A DNA stretch of 55,528 nucleotides from NCBI GenBank assembly GCA_041601615.1, contig JBFIHX010000016.1:1-55528 (forward strand). The letters run 5' to 3'. The translations under genes were made by a program, and so were the position numbers. Below, in pieces: positions 55,480 to 55,528 of this stretch. The notes beneath the pieces were generated by a model. The model had not been told where the DNA came from. It saw only the letters and a program-made list of their open reading frames with translations, and did not search any database. The first letter of the stretch is position 1; the number at the start of each line of letters is the position of its first letter. Origin of the DNA: Thermoplasmatota archaeon. Its GTDB lineage: Archaea > Thermoplasmatota > E2 > JACPAO01 > JAHFTW01.

Positions 55480-55528
55480 TTCCAGGGGTACTCCGAGGGG
55501 CTGGAAGCCCCTAGGCTGGGGACCCTGC

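Overview
This is an archaeal chromosome segment, shown by gatD/gatE, the rpl18e-rpl13-rps9-rpoN run, an archaeal-type CAU tRNA and KaiC/type IV pilus genes. The lineage is most likely Thermoplasmatota, but that is inference. The first ~17.3 kb is a complete integron: an intact IntI integrase on + (15954-17264), an attI crossover that the sequence places at 15776-15782, and a minus-strand array of 11 whole cassettes plus one partial, separated by 11 closely related attC sites. Cassette cargo includes HEPN-like/DUF2971/DUF5677 candidate defence genes, a two-gene cassette pairing an atypical thymidylate-synthase homologue with a MUG/TDG glycosylase, and several cassettes whose genes look host (archaeal)-derived, one resembling a chromosomal lipoprotein in this same window. 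The rest is mainly housekeeping and secreted lipoprotein genes. It also holds a ~1650-aa Ca-binding repeat protein next to the tRNA, a response regulator/roadblock/KaiC-small GTPase/type IV pilus operon, a divergent pair of paralogous RHH-like genes and a secreted Cys-repeat protein. All calls come from motif reading; no database searches were run.
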